Source of the DNA: Candidatus Aminicenantes bacterium
GTDB lineage: Bacteria > Acidobacteriota > Aminicenantia > Aminicenantales > JAFGBC01
Direction of reading: 5' to 3'
Length of the DNA stretch: 64,000 nucleotides
Assembly: GCA_963702005.1 (NCBI GenBank)
Contig: OY969696.1
Location: forward strand, 2,848,001 to 2,912,000
The position numbers and the translations under genes were made by a program. The notes under the pieces were generated by a model. That model did not search any database and was not told where the DNA came from. It was given only the letters and a program-made list of their open reading frames with translations. Shown here one piece after another: positions 59,164 to 64,000 of the stretch (the first letter of the stretch is position 1; every line of letters begins with the position of its first letter).

Positions 59164-60456
59164 ATGGAGTGGGTTTATATCGAGGACATCGCCGGCCGCT
59201 ACGGCCAGGACGTCGAGGTCCGCGGCTGGGTTTACCACAAACGATCGAGCGGCAAAGTCCGCTTCCTCCTCGTTCGCGACGGGACGGGCCTCATCCAGGG
59301 GACGATGGTCGGCGCCGACAAAGACGCCCCCCTCTTCAAGACCTTCGACGAGCTGACCCAGGAATCCTCGATCATCGTCCGGGGCAAGGTCCGCGAAGAG
59401 AAGCGGGCGGCCGGAGGGTACGAGCTCGAGATCCAGGATATCGAGGTCGTCCAGATCGCCCGGGATTACCCGATCACGCCCAAGGAACACAGCACGCCCT
59501 TCCTGATGGAACACCGCCATCTCTGGCTCCGCTCCCAGAAGCAGCACGCCGTCCTTCGGGTTCGGGCCGAGGTCGTCAAAGCCATCCGCGATTTCTTCGA
59601 CGGCCGCGGGTTCCGGCTCATGGATACGCCCATCCTGACCCCGAGCGCCTGCGAGGGCACGACGACCCTGTTCGAAACCGAGTACTTCGACCAAAAGGCC
59701 TACCTCAGTCAGAGCGGCCAGCTCTACAACGAAGCGACCGCGATGGCCTTCGGCAAGGTCTACTGCTTCGGCCCGACCTTCCGGGCCGAGCGCTCTAAGA
59801 CGCGCAAGCATCTCATCGAATTCTGGATGGTCGAACCCGAGGTCGCCTTCGCCTCCCTCGAGGATATTACCGAGCTGGGCGAGGACCTCGTCCTGTTCAT
59901 CATCGAACGGGTCCTGGCCGAGCGGCGCGCGGAGCTTGAGACGCTCGAGCGCGATCCGAAACCGCTGGAAAGAGTCCGAAAGCCCTTCCCCCGCCTCAAG
60001 TACGAAGAGATCCTGCCCCGGCTCCAGGAGAAAGGCTCGACCATCAAGTCGGGCGACGATTTGGGCGCGCCCGAAGAAGCCATCCTTTCCGAGCTCTACG
60101 ATGTCCCGGTCTGCATCAGCCATTTCCCGGCGGCGGTCAAGGCGTTTTACATGCAGCCGGCGCCTGACCGGCCCGACCTGGCCTTGGGCGTCGACTTCAT
60201 CGCCTCCGAGGGATACGGCGAGATCATCGGGGGGGGCCAGCGCATCCACGACTTGGCCCTCCTCGAGCAGCGGATCCAAGAGTACAAGCTTCCGCGCGAG
60301 GCTTACGAGTGGTACCTGGACCTCCGCAAATACGGCTCGGTCCCCCACTCCGGGTTCGGGTTGGGCGTCGAACGGACCGTGTCCTGGATGTGCGGGATCA
60401 AGCACATCCGGGAGACGATCCCCTTCCCCCGCCTCCTCTACCGCATTTATCCGTAG
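59164..60456 (+). CDS. asnS: Asparagine-tRNA ligase
   Basis: [45 protein letters not shown]. Confidence 0.95.
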   Translation: MEWVYIEDIAGRYGQDVEVRGWVYHKRSSGKVRFLLVRDGTGLIQGTMVGADKDAPLFKTFDELTQESSIIVRGKVREEKRAAGGYELEIQDIEVVQIARDYPITPKEHSTPFLMEHRHLWLRSQKQHAVLRVRAEVVKAIRDFFDGRGFRLMDTPILTPSACEGTTTLFETEYFDQKAYLSQSGQLYNEATAMAFGKVYCFGPTFRAERSKTRKHLIEFWMVEPEVAFASLEDITELGEDLVLFIIERVLAERRAELETLERDPKPLERVRKPFPRLKYEEILPRLQEKGSTIKSGDDLGAPEEAILSELYDVPVCISHFPAAVKAFYMQPAPDRPDLALGVDFIASEGYGEIIGGGQRIHDLALLEQRIQEYKLPREAYEWYLDLRKYGSVPHSGFGLGVERTVSWMCGIKHIRETIPFPRLLYRIYP

Positions 60457-60515
60457 AGGGTCATGCCCGGCTTTTTAACTTTTTGACAAAGTGTAGGTTT
60501 GACCCCGTGAAGAAA

Positions 60516-61844
60516 ATGGAACGGACGATCGCGCTGGTCAGCTACGGCTGCGCCAAGAACCTCGTCGACAGCGAGGTCATGCTGGGGATCCTGTCCGGCG
60601 CCGGCTACGCATTCAGGGAGGACGCGGCCGACGCCGATATCATCATCCTCAACACCTGCGGCTTCATCCAACCGGCCCGGGACGAAGCCTCGGCGGCCAT
60701 CCGCGATGCGCTCCGCCTCAAGAAAACCCGCGGCCCCAAGACGATCGTCGTCGCCGGCTGTTACGTGGAGAAAGACAGGCAGGCGCTCGCCGCCCTCTTT
60801 CCCGAGGTCGACGCCTGGCTGGGCGTCAAGGACTTCGACAGGATCGAGTCCATCCTTCGCGCCGAGCCCTACACGCCTTCGAACGCGACCTTCCTCTACT
60901 CCCACGACACGCCCCGCGTCCTCTCGACACCGCTCGGCTGGGCTTACCTTAAAATCTCGGAAGGCTGCTCCCACGCCTGCTCGTTCTGCACCATCCCCGC
61001 CATCAAAGGCCCTTACCGGTCGCGGCCGATCGCGTCGATCGTCGAGGAGGCCCGGGCCCTGGCCGCGCGCGGAGTCCGGGAGATTGATATCGTCTCCCAG
61101 GACACGACCTCCTATGGACGCGACCTCGGGCTCAAGGACGGTCTCGTCCGGCTCCTGGCCGCGCTCCTCGAGGTCCGGGAGGTCGACTGGATCCGCCTTC
61201 TCTACGGTTATCCGAACGAGGTCTCCGACGCGCTCGTCGAGATCATGGCCGAGCCTAAAATCTGCCGCTACCTCGACATCCCCTTCCAGCACGCCCATCC
61301 CGCGATCATACGCGGCATGAAGCGCGGCCTCCACGGCGACCGCGCCCTCCGTCTCATCGCCAAGATCCGCGCCAGGCTCCCCGGCGTCGCGATTCGGACC
61401 TCGCTCATCGTCGGCTTTCCGGGCGAAGGCCGCGCCGAATTCGAGGCCCTGCTTCGTTTCGTCGAGGAGGCCCGCTTCGATCACCTCGGCGTGTTCAGTT
61501 ATTCCCTCGAGACGGGAAGCTCGGCCGCCCCGCTCGGCGATCCGGTCAAGAACGGAATCAAGCAAAGACGCAAGGACATCCTCATGGCGCGCCAAGCCGA
61601 TATCTCTCTCGAGATAAACAGGGGGCGTCTGGGCGCCCGCCTCCCCGTCCTGTTCGAAGGGGTCCGGTCCGACGCCCCCCGCGTCCTGGTCGGCCGCGGG
61701 CCGTTTCAAGCGCCCGAGGTCGACGGCATCGTCGAGGTCGACGCCCGGCGGGTCGGCGATCCGGCCGCGCTCACAGGAACGATTCAGCCGGTTGAAATCG
61801 CGGCCGCAGATGTATATGATTTAAGGGGAAAGCTTATCGGATGA
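60516..61844 (+). CDS. rimO: Ribosomal protein S12 methylthiotransferase
   Basis: GCAKNLVDSE, NTCGFI, EGC...CSFC.IP, APEVDG. Confidence 0.95.
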   Translation: MERTIALVSYGCAKNLVDSEVMLGILSGAGYAFREDAADADIIILNTCGFIQPARDEASAAIRDALRLKKTRGPKTIVVAGCYVEKDRQALAALFPEVDAWLGVKDFDRIESILRAEPYTPSNATFLYSHDTPRVLSTPLGWAYLKISEGCSHACSFCTIPAIKGPYRSRPIASIVEEARALAARGVREIDIVSQDTTSYGRDLGLKDGLVRLLAALLEVREVDWIRLLYGYPNEVSDALVEIMAEPKICRYLDIPFQHAHPAIIRGMKRGLHGDRALRLIAKIRARLPGVAIRTSLIVGFPGEGRAEFEALLRFVEEARFDHLGVFSYSLETGSSAAPLGDPVKNGIKQRRKDILMARQADISLEINRGRLGARLPVLFEGVRSDAPRVLVGRGPFQAPEVDGIVEVDARRVGDPAALTGTIQPVEIAAADVYDLRGKLIG

Positions 61845-62290
61845 AGTTCGCCGCCAAGACGATCGCCACCTTCTTCGGCGTCGGTTTCATCCCTCTTGCT
61901 CCCGGTACGGTCGCCAGCGCGGCGGCCGTTTGTCTGTACAAATGGAGCTTACACCGCTTCGCCCTCCCCGTCTTTCTCGCCCTGATCGCCGCCGTCCTCA
62001 TGGTCGGGATTTGGGCTTCCGGCCGGGCCGCCGCCGCTTTCGGACGGAAAGACCCCCGGACCATCGTCATCGACGAGGTCGCCGGACAGATGACGGCCCT
62101 CGTCCTTTGCCCGGCCGACTGGGTTCCGCTCCTCATCGGATTCGGCTTGTTTCGCGTCTTCGACATCTTCAAGCCCTTCCCCATCCGCCGTTTCGAGCGT
62201 CTGCCGGGCGGCTGGGGGATCATGGCCGACGACCTGGCCGCGGGCATCCTGAGCTTCCTTCTCCTCCGCCTTTATCTCATCCTGAAATAG
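61841..62290 (+). CDS. pgpA: Phosphatidylglycerophosphatase A
   Basis: APGT, DP..IVIDE..G, FR.FDI.KP, GIM.DD. Confidence 0.93.
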   Translation: MKFAAKTIATFFGVGFIPLAPGTVASAAAVCLYKWSLHRFALPVFLALIAAVLMVGIWASGRAAAAFGRKDPRTIVIDEVAGQMTALVLCPADWVPLLIGFGLFRVFDIFKPFPIRRFERLPGGWGIMADDLAAGILSFLLLRLYLILK

Positions 62291-62306
62291 GATTTTAGGA
62301 GTCGTC

Positions 62307-63620
62307 ATGACTAAGACGATCCGGATTGAAATGATCGCCGTCGGCAGCGAACTCCTCTCTCCCTACTACCAGGACACGAACTCCCTCCATCTGACCCAGC
62401 GCCTGAACGAGCTCGGCCTCGATGTCGTCCGCAAGACGATCGTCGGAGACGAAGAAGCGTCCCTCGTCCGCTGCTTCCGGGAGGCGCTCAAGCGGGCCGA
62501 CTTTATCTTCGCCATGGGCGGCTTGGGGCCGACCGAAGACGATCGGACGCGGGAAGCCTGGGCCCGGGTCCTGGGCCGGACGCTCGTCTTCCAGCCTAAG
62601 ATCTTCGATCAGATCCGAAGGCGCTTCAGGCGGCGCGGGTTGACCCCGCCCGCCTCGAACCGCAAGCAGGCCTTCATCCCCAAAGGCGCCCGGATTCTGC
62701 CCAACAAAAACGGGACGGCGCCCGGCCTCTGGATCGAGGAAGCCGGACGGAAGATCGTCCTCCTCCCCGGCCCGCCCGCCGAGCTGAAGCCCATGTTCCA
62801 GGACTTTGTCTGGCCCCGTCTCCAGAGACTCCGCCGGGGTCATTACGTCCGCCGCGTCCTCAAGCTGACCGGCCTGGGCGAGTCCGTCCTCGAATCCGAG
62901 ATCGCCGACCTCTATCCTAAGGACGACACTCTCTCGGTCACGACCCTGGCCATCCCGGGCCAGCTCGAGATCCATATCTACGGCCTGACGACCCGGAGCC
63001 GGCCCGCCCTCCTCCGCAAGGCGCGCCGGCTCGAGAAAGCGATCGCGGACAGGCTGGGCGACTTCGTCTTCTCGTCGAACGGCGAGAACCTCGAAGAGGT
63101 CGTGGCCGGACTGCTCAAGGGGAGGCGCAAAACGCTGGCCGCCGCCGAATCCTGCACGGGCGGTCTCCTCTCCCACCGACTGACCAACGTCCCGGGGAGC
63201 TCCGAGTATTTCCTGGAGGGCGTCATCGCCTACAGCAACGACGCCAAGACGGCCCGGCTCGGGGTTCCGCCCGCCCTTATCCAGCAGTACGGCGCGGTCA
63301 GCGCCCACGTCGCCAGGGCGATGGCCGAGGGCATCCGGCACCGCTCCCGATCTCACTTTGGACTCGCCGTCACCGGGATCGCCGGACCGGCCGGCGGAAC
63401 CCCTCCCAAGCCGGTCGGCCTCGTCTACACGGCCCTGGCCTGGGATAACGGGACCCAAATCGAGAAGAACCTCTTTTGGGGCCCGCGTGAATCCATCAAG
63501 TTCCAATCGACCCAGAAAGCCCTCGACATGCTGCGGCGGCATCTCCTCCTGGCCGGAAAGAAGCCGGCCGTCCGCGCCCGCCGCCCCAAGGGAAGAAGGC
63601 TAAAAGGACAAAAGATATGA
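62307..63620 (+). CDS. cinA: CinA (MocF domain plus NMN deamidase)
   Basis: GSELL, GGLGPT.DD.T, GTAPG, AESCTGG, TGIAGP. Confidence 0.93.
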   Translation: MTKTIRIEMIAVGSELLSPYYQDTNSLHLTQRLNELGLDVVRKTIVGDEEASLVRCFREALKRADFIFAMGGLGPTEDDRTREAWARVLGRTLVFQPKIFDQIRRRFRRRGLTPPASNRKQAFIPKGARILPNKNGTAPGLWIEEAGRKIVLLPGPPAELKPMFQDFVWPRLQRLRRGHYVRRVLKLTGLGESVLESEIADLYPKDDTLSVTTLAIPGQLEIHIYGLTTRSRPALLRKARRLEKAIADRLGDFVFSSNGENLEEVVAGLLKGRRKTLAAAESCTGGLLSHRLTNVPGSSEYFLEGVIAYSNDAKTARLGVPPALIQQYGAVSAHVARAMAEGIRHRSRSHFGLAVTGIAGPAGGTPPKPVGLVYTALAWDNGTQIEKNLFWGPRESIKFQSTQKALDMLRRHLLLAGKKPAVRARRPKGRRLKGQKI

Positions 63621-64000
63621 GGACATTCATCGCCATCGACCTCGATCCCGCCCTTAAGGAAAGGGTCGCCCTTCTCGTCCAAAAATTAAGCCGCGCCAAT
63701 CCCAACGTCAAGTGGATCGGCTCCGACTCGATGCATTTGACCCTCAAGTTTCTGGGCGAAACGAGCGATGCCCAGGTCGAAGACGTCAAAACGACGCTCC
63801 AAGCCGTCGTCGGCCGGTATCATCCCTTCGAGCTGGGGCTCAAGGGCACCGGAAGCTTCCCGCCCGGAAGCCGTAACCCCCGCGTCCTGTGGGCGGGCTT
63901 CGAGCCCCGCGAGGAGCTCAACGCCCTCCAGGCCGACATCGAGGAGGAGCTGGCCCGGAAGGGCTTCCCCAAGGAGGACCGGCCCTTCCATCCCCATCTG
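63617..64000 (+). CDS. thpR: RNA 2',3'-cyclic phosphodiesterase (partial, runs off window)
   Basis: MRTFIAI, HLTLKFLG, PRVLW.G, FHPHL; ATGA overlap with cinA stop. Confidence 0.9.
   Translation, partial: MRTFIAIDLDPALKERVALLVQKLSRANPNVKWIGSDSMHLTLKFLGETSDAQVEDVKTTLQAVVGRYHPFELGLKGTGSFPPGSRNPRVLWAGFEPREELNALQADIEEELARKGFPKEDRPFHPHL

Noticed and set aside
60516-61844. Second radical SAM as part of the peptide system
   Set aside because: Clearly RimO in the conserved rimO-pgpA-cinA-thpR context

Overview
High-GC bacterial chromosomal window, densely coding (about 50 genes). Gene content (Zn-ribbon/Ser-Thr kinase/TPR receptor, many secreted hydrolases and beta-propellers, GH57-based glycogen genes) suggests an anaerobic Acidobacteriota/Aminicenantes-like organism (inference only). 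Housekeeping blocks: rlmI/NUDIX, glgA, a glgC-GH57x3-two-component-galT operon, split purine ring-closure genes (PurO-like plus PurH C-terminal half), class V aminotransferase/serA, nifS, asnS-rimO-pgpA-cinA-thpR. Two accessory regions stand out. (1) 7.5-9.3 kb: a radical SAM/SPASM enzyme directly downstream of two paralogous 73-78 aa Cys-containing ORFs ending in G-x-x-C-x-x-x-L-P-R-R, with tandem hairpins between them and the enzyme and a divergent ABC exporter, i.e. a candidate undescribed RiPP system. (2) 49.9-56.1 kb: a lower-GC island between IS3 and IS91 remnants with two tandem 1.5-kb units encoding 8-bladed SBBP propellers with shuffled blades, both outer ends breaking at the same CCGGCCG inside a sigma70 promoter spacer. 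At least six single-base frameshifts, mostly in homopolymers, are probably long-read errors. No rRNA, tRNA or CRISPR array was recognised. All calls are from motif reading by eye; no searches were run.
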